Below are positions 10,090 to 19,980 of a DNA stretch of 64,000 nucleotides, one piece after another. Made by a program: the position numbers and the translations under genes. Below the pieces are notes generated by a model. That model had not been told where the DNA came from, searched no databases, and saw only the letters and a program-made list of their open reading frames with translations. Position 1 is the stretch's first letter. The number at the start of each line of letters is the position of its first letter. The stretch comes from Leptolyngbyaceae cyanobacterium (GTDB lineage Bacteria > Cyanobacteriota > Cyanobacteriia > Phormidesmidales > Phormidesmidaceae), in assembly GCA_965263355.1 (NCBI GenBank), contig CBDHHL010000041.1:1-64000 (forward strand), written 5' to 3'.

Positions 10090-10515
10090 ATGGTTTGTAT
10101 TGTGGATACTAAAGGGAAAACGTATAAAGGGAAGCGGTACTTTGGACAGTCAATTAATGATTTCAAGCAAAACCCTTCGTTGTGGCCGGGTTCGCTCGTT
10201 TCGTACTTTGAATCAATCCCCGTAAAGGAACGGCAGCGAGGATTAACTGTATCAATGCTCTTGGACTGGCTCGCTCAAGAAACAGGCATAGAGGAGCTGT
10301 CAGAAGGTTCCAGTAAGCACAAAAGCTACGTAACTTTATTGGGCCGCTATATAAGATGGAGCTACAACCCAGCGGAAACAGGAGCACAAGACGTACTCCT
10401 GTTGTCAGCAATTGCGCACTGCGGAATTATCCGTGATGCTCAGGGCTTGCCACTGAACGACGTTAAGACGTTGGCGAGGTTGATGGATGGGAACTACGAT
10501 GACGCAGTACTGTAG
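10090..10515 (+). CDS. Putative repressor at the divergent switch
   Basis: Divergent from the Cro-like gene; position only, no clear motif. Confidence 0.35.
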   Translation: MVCIVDTKGKTYKGKRYFGQSINDFKQNPSLWPGSLVSYFESIPVKERQRGLTVSMLLDWLAQETGIEELSEGSSKHKSYVTLLGRYIRWSYNPAETGAQDVLLLSAIAHCGIIRDAQGLPLNDVKTLARLMDGNYDDAVL

Positions 10516-12214
10516 CTAGAGTCTCTGCGTCCCATGCAGCATATAGTCCTTTAGAATTCCGCAGGGTTAAGCAAGCTTGATCGCTTAACCCTGCGGAATT
10601 GATTTGATCTGGATTAGATAGATATTCATCTAATCGCCTTCTATCGTCCCTATCATCCGTATTTATATAAGTGTTCACAATTGATTCTCAGGGGTTCACA
10701 GTTACTAGAATCACATGTTCGACTCAAGCGCATTATGACCAGATAACCACAAAACATGTGATTTACGTCACATTCTCTAGTTGATTTACTCCGACGGAGG
10801 ATAGACGTAACTCAATACATTTCTTTTCCGTAACTCACTTGCGTTTTTGAATCTGACCTTATATACTTATATAAGAACGCAAGATAGTTATTGATTATGA
10901 CCACCACCGCCCCCTACGAAGCGGAATATATAGCTCCCCTGGGCGACCGAGTTACAGTTATCCCCCGATGCGGATTGCCAGTATTCCAGCTCACCCCATG
11001 TGGCCCATGCTGCGATGTTAATGGCAGCTGGAGAGAGTTGCCCTATGGCATTCATGCTTCGGTGTTAGACGCCGATACTGTCGTGGATTATTGGGTTACC
11101 GCAATCCTCGCGGATTGCGAGGGCTTTTCCGAGGACTTCTCGATGAAGCTAACCATTGGCGCGGGTTTTGGACTGGCGGCCAATATGATCCAATGCTGGC
11201 TGTCTCAGTACATTCCAGGCGCAACCCTGGTCAACTATGCGGACTGGGATAGCTATCTCTCGGATTGGCAGATTGAAGACGAGCCATTTTAGTCATGAGG
11301 TACCGCATCCACACCTACAGGCAGGCTGCCTCTGCGCTGTGGGGAGTCCCTGAGTACAGGCAGCATCGTTACAGCCATTTGCCAGGTCGCAACGCTGGGT
11401 TGCCAGGAGAGAAATTTCTGTGCTGGTCCCACTGTGAGGGGAAGGGCGGCATGATCAGGTTCACTCGCTGCAATGCCAAGTCTGCGGGGACGACGGTTAA
11501 GAGCCTAATGAAAGCGTATCCGTCTGAGTGGTATGTGGTTGGTATTAAAGGGGTGTGGGTGAGGTTCCCTGATGCGATTCGGTATGTGAGCGATTTACCG
11601 GAGTTTAGTTATGTAGGAGTAGCATGACGCTTTGCCCTGGCCATCGTTGAAATGCCTATGCGGCCAGGGCTTTTCTGTTGTTGTTTTTTGGAGAAAGATT
11701 GTGGAGTTTGATGTTCAAGCGTTTAAGGACGCAGTACTGCAGCGATGCAGAAAAGAGATGCCTGATACTCCGAGTGACGCGGAGGTTAGGCTGAGTATGC
11801 CTTCTAGCGACGATCCTCGCTTATGGGTAGACATTGTTAGTAACGAGTTCTACGAGAATACTGCTGCGAAGTATCAGAAAGAATTCCCAGGCGACGAGCC
11901 AATGGGTGAGCCTGTTTTTGCTCAATACATCCTAGTGAGTAATGAACTTCTGCAGGAAAAGTGCCCTGAGTTTTATGAGGCATATGGCCAATGAATAATC
12001 CAGTATTCCAGCGAAACCATCTCGGGTTTTGGTGCTGGAAAACAGCGTTGGTGCAGTCGGATGTGTTGTTTGCCAGCGAAGAGGAAGCCAGGGAGGATTA
12101 TCAGAACTGGGCTGCACTCTATAAAGAGGAGAGTTAGTTGACCCCATGGCGCAACCTGCCTTAGTGGTTGGGTGGCTGCAGTGGCCAGAGTAAGTTTTCC
12201 GTAGAAGGGATTAC

Positions 12215-13144
12215 GTGATTATGAGTTCTGCAATTGTCCAGCAAAATAACAATGGCTCTGCCATGGCTCAATGGAGTCCTGAGCAAGTCAGTATAATCAA
12301 ACAACAGATAGCGCCCAAGTGTTCTGACGCTGAACTAGCGCTGTTTGGCCAGGTGTGTCAGCGGACAGGGTTGGACCCGTTCGCTCGTCAGATTTATGCA
12401 ATTAGCCGCTGGGATTCCCTGGCTAAGCGCGAAAAGATGACTATCCAGACAAGTATTGATGGTTATCGATTAATCGCTGATCGAACTGGCAAGTACTCAG
12501 GCTCTGAGACGTTTTGGTGCGGCCAAGATGGTGAATGGAAAGATATTTGGCTAGATGGCAGCGCTCCGGCTGCAGCCAAGACAATTGTTTGGAAGTCCGG
12601 ATGCTCCCACCCGTTTGTTGGTGTGGCTCGATTCGATAGCTATTGCCAGACCAAGAAAGACAGCAGCCCAACGGCCATGTGGGCACGTATGCCAGACGTA
12701 ATGATTGGCAAGTGTTCGGAGGCAAATGCGCTGCGCAAGGCTTTCCCTGCTGAGCTATCTGGGCTGTATACCAAAGAAGAAATGATGCAAGCTGACAATG
12801 AGATTCAGCCAGTAGCCGACATCAACCCAATCGCCAAGCGGTTCAACTTTCTTGCTTCCAAGACAGGCCACAACAAACAGGATGCGATCGCCTTCGCTAA
12901 TGCGCTGGGTATTCCACCAAGTACGCAGCAGATGACGCCTGAACAGTTCATCCAGCTGCGTAACCACATGCTGGCTGATTGGGGCTTAGCTCAAGGCTGC
13001 TTTAATCACATTAATCACGCTAAGGCTAGCTTAGGGCACTTGCCAGAAGCAGACGACGTGACTCTGTGGCAAGTGTGGCAAGAAAAGGTTGCCACCAAAT
13101 TAGCAGAGCAGTCAGAAACAGTTGAAGCGGAGGTAACTGAATGA
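12215..13144 (+). CDS. bet: Phage recombination protein Bet (single-strand annealing)
   Basis: CQRTGLDPFARQIY, QTSIDGYRLIADRTGKY, MWARMPDVMIGKCSEANALRKAFPAELSGLY. Confidence 0.92.
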   Translation: MIMSSAIVQQNNNGSAMAQWSPEQVSIIKQQIAPKCSDAELALFGQVCQRTGLDPFARQIYAISRWDSLAKREKMTIQTSIDGYRLIADRTGKYSGSETFWCGQDGEWKDIWLDGSAPAAAKTIVWKSGCSHPFVGVARFDSYCQTKKDSSPTAMWARMPDVMIGKCSEANALRKAFPAELSGLYTKEEMMQADNEIQPVADINPIAKRFNFLASKTGHNKQDAIAFANALGIPPSTQQMTPEQFIQLRNHMLADWGLAQGCFNHINHAKASLGHLPEADDVTLWQVWQEKVATKLAEQSETVEAEVTE

Positions 13145-13590
13145 ACACTGTATCAATCATTGGCAGACTCACGATGGACCCAGAGCTGCGGTTTTACGAG
13201 TCGGGTTCATGTAAGGCCCAGTTTAGTATTGCGGTAGACCGGAACTATCAGAAACAGGGGCAAGAAAAGCAAACCAGTTTCTTCTGGTGCGAAGTCTGGG
13301 GCAAGCCTGCCGAGAGTCTTTGCCAATACCGATTCCAAGGAGACCAAGTAGGGGTCACAGGGGAGCTTATTCAAGATCGTTGGCAGGAAGGCTCTGAGAC
13401 TAGATCCAGAATCTACATCAACGCCGCCCGCATTGACTATCTACGGAAGAAGGGCGAGGGCAATGGCTCGGGACAGCAGCAACGCCGCCCGCCTGCACCT
13501 GCGGCTAAGCCTGTAGCTGCGTATAGCAATCAGCAGGCAGCGGAGAGAGCTGCAGATGAAGAGCCTGACTACGATCAAATCCCCTTCTAG
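13141..13590 (+). CDS. ssb: Single-stranded DNA-binding protein
   Basis: NTVSIIGRLTMDPELR, FSIAVDR, acidic C-terminus DYDQIPF. Confidence 0.95.
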   Translation: MNTVSIIGRLTMDPELRFYESGSCKAQFSIAVDRNYQKQGQEKQTSFFWCEVWGKPAESLCQYRFQGDQVGVTGELIQDRWQEGSETRSRIYINAARIDYLRKKGEGNGSGQQQRRPPAPAAKPVAAYSNQQAAERAADEEPDYDQIPF

Positions 13591-13602
13591 ATTACGGACA
13601 TC

Positions 13603-14220
13603 ATGACATTATCAGCGATTGTTTACGACTGCGAAATCATAAAATGCATCCCCCCTCGGGATGGCATCAGAAACGACGACCTAGCCTACTGCGACGGCTG
13701 GCATGACTACGAGGGCATGGGCATCTCGGTTATTGGTGCCTATGACTATGTGACTGGGCAGCTCAAAGCATACATTGATTCTGAGATGGTGCCTGATTTG
13801 CCCAATTGTTCAGTGTTTCAAGACTTTGAACAATTGGTTAGAGAAAGGGAACATGTCATTGGGTTTAACTCACTCTCTTTTGACGACAAGCTTTGCCAAA
13901 CCCATGGGATTCAAGTTGGTTCCACCTACGATCTCCTTTGTGAGGTCAGGGTGAGCAGCGGGCAGCCCCCTTTCTACATCCCAAGGAAAACCAGAGCAGG
14001 CTACAGCCTGGATGCGTTAGCCCTAGCAAACCTGGGACAGGCTAAAACTGGCCATGGGGCATTGGCTCCTGAATTATGGCAGCAGGGCAGATATCACGAG
14101 GTGATTCGTTATTGTCTCAATGATGTTTGGCTAACAAAGCAGTTGTTTGATAAGCGCAAAAGCCTCATCGACCCCACCAACGGGGAAAAGCTGTGCTTAA
14201 TGGATCTAGGAGAGGAATAA
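13603..14220 (+). CDS. RNase H-like 3'-5' exonuclease
   Basis: VYDCE, IGFNSLSFDD, YSLDALA, YCLNDVWLT (DEDD motifs). Confidence 0.8.
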   Translation: MTLSAIVYDCEIIKCIPPRDGIRNDDLAYCDGWHDYEGMGISVIGAYDYVTGQLKAYIDSEMVPDLPNCSVFQDFEQLVREREHVIGFNSLSFDDKLCQTHGIQVGSTYDLLCEVRVSSGQPPFYIPRKTRAGYSLDALALANLGQAKTGHGALAPELWQQGRYHEVIRYCLNDVWLTKQLFDKRKSLIDPTNGEKLCLMDLGEE

Positions 14221-14482
14221 CCATGCACACCGCACTATCTATAGCCCAGCTACTACTAATGCTCGCCGTTGCCCTCAGCGGTTGGGTGATTTTGAAGGAG
14301 TTCTCGAATGTTTGAAGCAGTAATCCTGGTAGCCACTGTCGCACTCGCCACACCGTTAATTATTGGGGCATTGTACGTGGTGTTCTGGCCACGGGTTGAA
14401 AGCCAAATAGAGATAGACGACAACATCTAACGAACCACGTCGTAATCTCGATAAGTAACCGCTGGGCTTGATGCCCAGTCTT

Positions 14483-14588
14483 GCCTCATTAACTCAGTTG
14501 GCAGAGTAACTGGTGCGCAATAACTCAGTTGAGGAGATTGCCTTAATCGTTCGCCAGGAAGTCGTAGGTTCGAATCCTGCATGAGGCA
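14483..14588 (+). tRNA. tRNA-like RNA with a 40-nt structured insert in place of the anticodon loop
   Basis: Acceptor GCCTCAT/ATGAGGC; D arm ACTC-AGTTGGCA-GAGT; anticodon stem CTGG/CCAG; T arm GTAGG-TTCGAAT-CCTGC. There is no 7-nt anticodon loop and no encoded CCA. Confidence 0.7.
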
Positions 14589-15858
14589 TTCCCTGAAAAG
14601 GGAGAATTGACGAATAAGGAGAACATATGAAAAATGGACCAATTACACCCCCAACCGATGGGGTGGTAGAGCAGCCTGAAACAGGGGGGCAGCATGGCAA
14701 AAACTCTTAGCCCTGAGCAGTGGAAGAAGCAGGTGGCCCAGACTATGGCCCAGAACATAGACCCAACTGGGGACCAACAGATCCTGGACCTATCAATAGA
14801 CAGATACGCATCGCTGGTTCGACTGCCTGCAAACACACTAGAGGAACGCGGCAGAGTGGTCCGGCAAGCAATGAATGATTATCCACAACTATTCAATTGA
14901 ACTATGGAACAACAACAAAACACACCCAGGGTCATCCAACGACCCTATCGAAATAGCTCAGGTGACATTATCAACCTGAACTTTGACCGAACCACTGGCG
15001 AAACCTTGCTCTATGGCCGCTGGTGGGACGAAGTTGCTTTAAGGCAGATCGGCATTCTTCAGCAATCGATCACCAAGCCCCTGCCTACTCCGAAGCCCCT
15101 GCCATTCGGCGACCCTAACAAATATGAGGGCCGTTGGAGGACAACTCGGACTCGCGGGTCCAAAGAGGGGACGGGGAAGTTTATTTAATGGAACTACTCA
15201 GCTCTTTGTTGGAAGGAAGGAGCATCGAGGCGGCGTTAAATCGTGCCGCTGTCGATGCGAAGGCAAAGCCAGAAGAAATCTCTTCGGAGTCGCTGCTACT
15301 TGAGATTTTTGGAAAGACTTATGAGTCAAGCAAGACAACAGACAACAACGTACAGCTTTCTGATTGACGGATTGGTTGTGCAATATTCACACGAAAATAT
15401 CGGCCAAGCTTTCCGAGAAGCTAAAGCCGATTATCCAAACTCGACGATAGAAAAAGTTTAATTTCACCCCGGTGGAGAGTTGACAGCTGGCCACCGGGCA
15501 CCCACCACAAAGGAAGGATAAATTATTATGCAACGCAAGGACCCCAAACAACAAGCGAAAGATGCGGCGAACGCTCAATTCATTTGCTACAACGAAGATA
15601 CGGGACGATGGCAGCTAGAAGACTCGACAGGGACAGTAATAAAAACAGCCAGTAGCCTTGCTGGATTAGGCGCAGGATCAGGACGATGAGCCCAGGCGAC
15701 ACAGTGACTATAGACTCTGACGCTACAAGGCTGACTCGGTGTCAAGCCCGGTACGCAGGTCAGACAGGTACTGTTATTAGCGTTGGCCTGACAATAGCCA
15801 GAGTGAGATTCGCCAACGGCTCAATGCTTAATTTTCAGTTTGCGAGTTTGGAGGCAGT

Positions 15859-16041
15859 ATGAGACGACGAATCAAAGCCGAACTAATAAAGTGTGGCCAC
15901 AACGACAAGACCGCTGAAAAGTGGCTAAAAACCCCGCACAGAGCACTAGGGGGCAGCACTCCCGACAGTCTAATCAGCGCTGGGGCAGGACAGGTTGTTT
16001 TACAGCTGATACTTTCCTGGGAGTCAGGAACCCCAAGCTAG
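15859..16041 (+). CDS. Stand-alone MbcA/ParS/Xre antitoxin C-terminal-like domain
   Basis: AEKWLKTPHRALGGSTPDSLI..GAGQVVLQLI. Confidence 0.7.
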   Translation: MRRRIKAELIKCGHNDKTAEKWLKTPHRALGGSTPDSLISAGAGQVVLQLILSWESGTPS

Positions 16042-16069
16042 AATAAAGCCAACCTGATGGATAGAATCG

Positions 16070-16096
16070 CGCAGTCTTTCGAGACTGCGTTTTTTG
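16070..16096 (+). terminator. Rho-independent terminator
   Basis: CGCAGTCT-TTCG-AGACTGCG hairpin followed by a T-tract. Confidence 0.8.
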
Positions 16097-16119
16097 TTGG
16101 GCTATTGATATAGTTCGTC

Positions 16120-16335
16120 GCCAGGGCTTGAGGACAGAGTGAACCGTCCGTGAATGTGTCGCTAGTAGAAAAGAGGCAGCTCGACATATGGGATGCTATG
16201 CCTGCGCAATAGTCCTGGGAAGAAGCTGTAACGAGCGCACTCTCGGCCACAGTCAAGCGGTTGGCTATGTATGTGTATGGTGGCGGGGTGGGTCATGCTA
16301 CGGCAGTTCGATTATTGGCTGTCGCAAGATCTCAA
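16120..16335 (+). ncRNA. Candidate structured ncRNA (three-way junction, then a degenerate tRNA-like segment)
   Basis: Extended -10 TGATATAGT (16106-16114); stems CCAGGGCT/AGTCCTGG, GGAC/GTCC and ATGTGTC/GACATAT with G-U pairs on the + strand. Confidence 0.35.
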
Positions 16336-16340
16336 TAGTC

Positions 16341-16559
16341 TTAGTTAGCGTCGTATAGGTCAGCGTGTAGACAGCTTTGTTTTTGCTGGCTCTGTATTTT
16401 CTCCAATATCAACTTATCAACTGCTTCGCTTTTATTAACCTGCGTGTTCAACCATTCCGCCGCCTCAGGGGACAGCATAAAGGGGCCTACTCGTCTCGTG
16501 CGACCAGAGGGCTTTCGGCCTGCCCCCTGTCGCTTGCCTCCGTGCCCCTTCTTAGGCAT
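16341..16559 (-). CDS. Small DNA-binding protein (GGxRxGAGRKP arm plus RHH-like)
   Basis: HGGKRQGAGRKP followed by FMLSPEAAEWLNTQVNKSEAVDKLI. Confidence 0.65.
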   Translation of the reverse strand: MPKKGHGGKRQGAGRKPSGRTRRVGPFMLSPEAAEWLNTQVNKSEAVDKLILEKIQSQQKQSCLHADLYDAN

Positions 16560-16762
16560 TGGCGATTATTTCACCAGGCTCTACGTATTCCGCCAAGTGC
16601 CCCTCTAATGTGTAGCCCTTATAGGGCTTAGTACTTTCTCCGGTGAATGCCGCCTTGCTATCGATAGGGCAGAAACGAATCAGGGCATTCAGCAAACGCC
16701 CTTGTTGGTCTTCAATGTAGATGCGGTCTTGGTCAAACGAAACTCTCATAAATCTTCCTCAG

Positions 16763-16803
16763 TAACTTGATTGCATCATAAGCAATCAAGTTAGGGGTGT
16801 CAA
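16763..16803 (-). promoter_or_regulatory. Sigma70 promoter overlapped by a 12-bp inverted-repeat operator
   Basis: TTGACA-N17-TATGAT on the minus strand; TAACTTGATTGC-N7-GCAATCAAGTTA. Confidence 0.75.
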
Positions 16804-16967
16804 TAGCAAATTAAACAGCCGCTGGAGCTATGCCCTGGCGGTTTTGCTATGTCTGGGAGATCTCCGCTACAATGGCCATGCCTGCTGCTTTCGCGATATC
16901 AGACGCCTAGGGCTGGCAGCGGGCTTATTGGGGTTTAGGGTTGAGCTATTTTTCGGGAAACAAGCCA

Positions 16968-17411
16968 ATGAAACCCATTCTTCAAACCAAGCAAAAGACG
17001 GCTACTCAAAACGGGAATTGCATGGCGACTTGCTTGGCTTCAATCCTTGAGATTCCTATTGATGCTGTTCCTGCTTACGAGAATCTATTTGCGCCTGATG
17101 GCGTGCAACCCTGGGTTCCCTGGCTAAGAAAGTTCTTGAAGGGCTGGGATTTGATGCAGTTGGATCTCGACGACCATTTCAGGATTGACGCGTACTATAT
17201 AGCTGGTGGGCTTAGCCCCAGGGCGACTGATGACAATGTTTTTAACCATGCGGTGATTTATCGCAACGGGGTTATGGTCCATGACCCACATCCTAGCGGT
17301 GATGGCATCTTGGACGAGCAATCTTTTTCTTATTTCTTGCCATTAGACTTTGAAATGAACCCCTGCTCTTTTATTGGTGCTTCTGGGTACTGGGAACCTT
17401 TTCTAAGATGA
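16968..17411 (+). CDS. Peptidase C39/papain-like fold phage protein
   Basis: GNCMATCLASIL...HAVIYRNGVMVHDPHP (Cys-His-Asp). Confidence 0.5.
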   Translation: MKPILQTKQKTATQNGNCMATCLASILEIPIDAVPAYENLFAPDGVQPWVPWLRKFLKGWDLMQLDLDDHFRIDAYYIAGGLSPRATDDNVFNHAVIYRNGVMVHDPHPSGDGILDEQSFSYFLPLDFEMNPCSFIGASGYWEPFLR

Positions 17412-18085
17412 GTAATCCGATGACAAAACTATTGCTGATTGATCTTGACGGCACTGCACGCACAACGATATCAGGCAATCATTGCCCCGCATATCCTAAG
17501 GACCAAGCTTTAATTATGAAGACAGGCGATCTTTGCCAAAAACTAAAAGCAGCGCATTGGGTTATCGTCGCTGTTACTAATCAAGGGGGTTGTGAGGATA
17601 TTAACCCTGACACTGGCAAGCCATATAAAACCCATCTCCAGGCTGTTGCAGAGTGCAAGTATTTGCTTGATATAGCCCCATGGTGCGACTGGATATATAT
17701 GTGCCCGAACGGTAAAATGAGCGATCGCGATGAGGTTTATCGCGTATCCCGTGGTAGTTGGCTGGCCCCATTCCGAAAGTATTCAGTTACTCACGAGCAT
17801 AACGACGACCATCCGCATTACCAAACTCAAGGATATCGAAAGCCAAAGCCAGGAATGCTGGAACTTGCCATCAGAGACCAAGAAGAGATGGAGTATGCAG
17901 AGGCAAGATCCCTCGGCATACGTGAACGGGATATGGAGATTGACGTGAAGGCGCTAATGGTTGGCGACATGGAGAGTGACCGGATCGCCGCTTCTGCGCT
18001 GAAGCTGCCTTACTTGCCTGTTAAAGAGTTTCAACTGGAGACAGCAGGGAGCCTGGAACGATTATTAGATATCTCTAGCAATTAA
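17408..18085 (+). CDS. HAD-IIIA phosphatase (polynucleotide 3'-phosphatase/GmhB-like)
   Basis: DLDGT, TNQGG, RKPKPGM, VGDMESD. Confidence 0.85.
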   Translation: MSNPMTKLLLIDLDGTARTTISGNHCPAYPKDQALIMKTGDLCQKLKAAHWVIVAVTNQGGCEDINPDTGKPYKTHLQAVAECKYLLDIAPWCDWIYMCPNGKMSDRDEVYRVSRGSWLAPFRKYSVTHEHNDDHPHYQTQGYRKPKPGMLELAIRDQEEMEYAEARSLGIRERDMEIDVKALMVGDMESDRIAASALKLPYLPVKEFQLETAGSLERLLDISSN

Positions 18086-18093
18086 CTGACTTG

Positions 18094-18543
18094 CTAACCA
18101 ACGCACCACCCAACAGGTATAGACTCATTCAATACCCATAGATGGCGCATATTCGCGTCGTTCACGATGTTGCAGTCAGCTGGATATATCTCTATTGCCA
18201 TCAAATCCCCATAACCACACCAACGCTTAATCTCCTGCAATTCATCCCAAGAAATCCCGTCAGCAAACGTGCGGCCCATACCTAGCTCAGCCTTGGTAAC
18301 GCTAATTCTAACAACGCCATTGGGCTCCAGGTAAAGCTGAACAAAGAACTTGCGACCTCTTAGTACCCTAAAGGGTGACTTGCCCTTGGTTGTTGGCCAC
18401 TTTTCTTTAGGGATTTCAACCAGCCCGTTTTTGGGGTATTCTGCCGACTCGCTTTTTAAGTGCTCGCGAGCCATTTTTCTGAATTGTTTGGTTTTACTCA
18501 TTTCCTTGTGACGGGTCTCCCTTGGATGAAATCCTGTTTTCAC
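18094..18543 (-). CDS. Conserved phage hypothetical protein
   Basis: ISWDELQEIKRWCGYGD..AIEIYP...IVNDANMRHLW motif. Confidence 0.6.
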   Translation of the reverse strand: MKTGFHPRETRHKEMSKTKQFRKMAREHLKSESAEYPKNGLVEIPKEKWPTTKGKSPFRVLRGRKFFVQLYLEPNGVVRISVTKAELGMGRTFADGISWDELQEIKRWCGYGDLMAIEIYPADCNIVNDANMRHLWVLNESIPVGWCVG

Positions 18544-19203
18544 TTGTAGCCCACACCCATTCTTGTTCTGAATCGGCCAACTCCTGCATGGAGGCTTCCT
18601 CAGTCAGTCGCTCGATAGCGCGATTCGCAGCTTCTTTGTTTGACGCACGGTTGCCAAGCTTTCTAAGCGTTTGCTGCAGCTTCGTTCCCTGAATAATGGG
18701 GAATTGCTCAGATAGATGCTTTCTGCAATCTGCATCGTCATCTTTGGCCAATGCATCTAACCGGCAATAGTGTTGATGCATGAGCGCACCGCAAAGGTGG
18801 TAAATAAGCTGTTTTAGGTCGTCTTGGTTATTCATTTCTATCAATCATCGACACAATAACCTCTTCGCACTCGCTTTCTTCTGGGATAAATGTTTTTGAA
18901 ACACGCCGGATTTTTTCAAACAATGTGTCTTTTGTCTTAGTCTCTTCAAACGTCGTCAACCCACTAAGCACATCCCCAGGCAGCAGACATTCGCCAATTG
19001 AAACCTGGGTTTCAGTGACCTGGACCTCTGCGTCAGTCCCAATCAGGCCACTCAAACAAGACGCAAACGCCCAGGCAAACCCCCTCTGGGTTGAGCGGGC
19101 GCTGATTGTTAGGCAGCTGTTGCTTTGACGCAACACGATCTCTAGCTCGGTTGAGAACTGAGTCGATTCAATTCTTAACTCGTTCAGTGTGTGGAGCATT
19201 AGG

Positions 19204-19929
19204 CTACACCTCTAAGTCTTGCTGTGTGTTTAGTTCAGCGAAATCATCCACAATCCAGTAAACAGTATTTTCAAGGATTGCCACCAACTGATCAGAGAGC
19301 CCGAACCGCTTTTGATTGATTTCAATGGACTTATGAATATCTCCGTCGTTGTGGCGTTGAACTGCTGCACACCAATCGATAAACATCTCTAGCACGTCAA
19401 ACAAGTTCATTCCATTAATGCCATCCTCGAAATACTCTGGATGGTGGCGATTGTGGTCATAGTGGTGAGCCAGTGGCCCTTTCTTCATCTCTTCGATTTG
19501 GGTGTTGTATTCATCGCTGCCATAGGTCAACCCAGCTAATTTATGTGTGACTTTGGCAAACATTTCCCATTCAGGAGACTGCAGCTTGCTGCGATCATGA
19601 GTAAACTGACGTCGCATTAACTCGATTTGGGCAGAGCCTAGCAGGCGCTTAACCAGTTCAATGTGTTCATAGGTTTTACGGATGGCATCAGATTCGTCTG
19701 GCATACCCAGAAGTAAGCTTGGAGTCGTTTCGTACAAAGTGGCCAGCTTTTTTAATTCCAAGGCTGACACTTGCCGCAGCCCAGCTTCTATTTTGACAAT
19801 TGCCGTTCTGTCTAGATCAAGTGATTCGGCTATAGCTAGCTGAGTCACTCCGATCTTTTCTCTAGCTAGCTTAAGGTTGTCTGCCAATTGTTGCGTGATT
19901 TGCTGCCTCACCATTGGATATTTCCTCAT
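19204..19929 (-). CDS. XRE HTH fused to an HD-like (DUF5662-type) domain
   Basis: N-terminal LKLAREKIGVTQLAIAESLDLDRTAIVKIEAG; C-terminal THDRSK, HHYDHNRHHPEY, EMFIDWCAA. Confidence 0.75.
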   Translation of the reverse strand: MRKYPMVRQQITQQLADNLKLAREKIGVTQLAIAESLDLDRTAIVKIEAGLRQVSALELKKLATLYETTPSLLLGMPDESDAIRKTYEHIELVKRLLGSAQIELMRRQFTHDRSKLQSPEWEMFAKVTHKLAGLTYGSDEYNTQIEEMKKGPLAHHYDHNRHHPEYFEDGINGMNLFDVLEMFIDWCAAVQRHNDGDIHKSIEINQKRFGLSDQLVAILENTVYWIVDDFAELNTQQDLEV

Positions 19930-19980
19930 TATGATTTACATCTTGGCCTTCCCCTAGGCCGTTTTATGCCAGTAGAGCGA

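Noticed and set aside
16257..16327. Functional tRNA gene
   Set aside because: Only a T-loop-like GTTCGATT and a weak acceptor stem are present; the D and T stems do not pair properly.
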